From Capsulimonadaceae bacterium (GTDB lineage: Bacteria > Armatimonadota > Armatimonadia > Armatimonadales > Capsulimonadaceae): 64,000 nucleotides of DNA. Under the pieces are notes generated by a model, which made no database searches, was not told where the DNA came from, and saw nothing but the letters and a program-made list of their open reading frames with translations. The DNA is taken from positions 4,352,001-4,416,000 of the forward strand of contig OZ244065.1 in assembly GCA_965215505.1 (NCBI GenBank), written 5' to 3'. This document shows positions 63,865 through 64,000 of this stretch, piece after piece (within the stretch, counting starts at the first letter, position 1; every line of letters starts with the position of its first letter). The translations under genes and the position numbers were made by a program.

Positions 63865-64000
63865 TTATTTCCCCCTCATCCCCAGGCAAGGCCGCTCCAC
63901 CAGATGCCAGCTCACCGCCGCACACGCCAGCGTCGGCGGGAAGGCCGCCGCGAACAGCAGGGCGGGAGTCAGGTGCGCCCCGGCAGACTGGATCAAGAGC
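63865..64000 (-). CDS. 3' end of an acyltransferase-3 family membrane protein (partial)
   Basis: Minus strand reads LLIQSAGAHLTPALLFAAAFPPTLACAAVSWHLVERPCLGMRGK*; SWxxVExP motif. Confidence 0.7.
   Translation of the reverse strand, partial: LLIQSAGAHLTPALLFAAAFPPTLACAAVSWHLVERPCLGMRGK

Overview
High-GC bacterial chromosome segment with about 55 genes. No rRNA, tRNA, CRISPR array or transposase/integrase was recognised. The gene repertoire resembles Armatimonadota-like soil bacteria, but this is an unverified impression. All family assignments come from motif reading, not database searches. Contents in order: DUF1326 protein; PASTA/FN3 kinase with degenerate catalytic motifs next to rpe; PfkB kinase; large lower-GC secreted beta-helix/PKD protein; riboflavin operon (ribD, ribE, ribBA, ribH) carrying two toxin-antitoxin modules; HtrA; GAF histidine kinase; MarR/flavin monooxygenase/DUF1772; a protease and pseudoprotease pair; a PD-(D/E)xK plus PIN pair; a DUF58-transglutaminase-GNAT-MoxR operon; GH43, GH29 and GH78 glycosidases; an alpha-2-macroglobulin without thioester; a three-gene biosynthetic operon; and a nitrate assimilation cluster with a GlnR-like regulator. 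Best candidates for something undescribed: (1) the overlapping operon of an aromatic amino acid hydroxylase with altered regiospecificity residues, an A-T-TE NRPS-like enzyme (code DPWGFGVIDK, Cys thioesterase) and a PPTase at 49810-53949; (2) four copies of a 126-144 bp nested-palindrome element with compensatory base changes and a unique 25-45 nt core; (3) the nitrate regulon, with two identically spaced GAAAC-N6-GAAAC boxes, a NarK with a ~125 aa loop insertion and two paralogous small unknown proteins.
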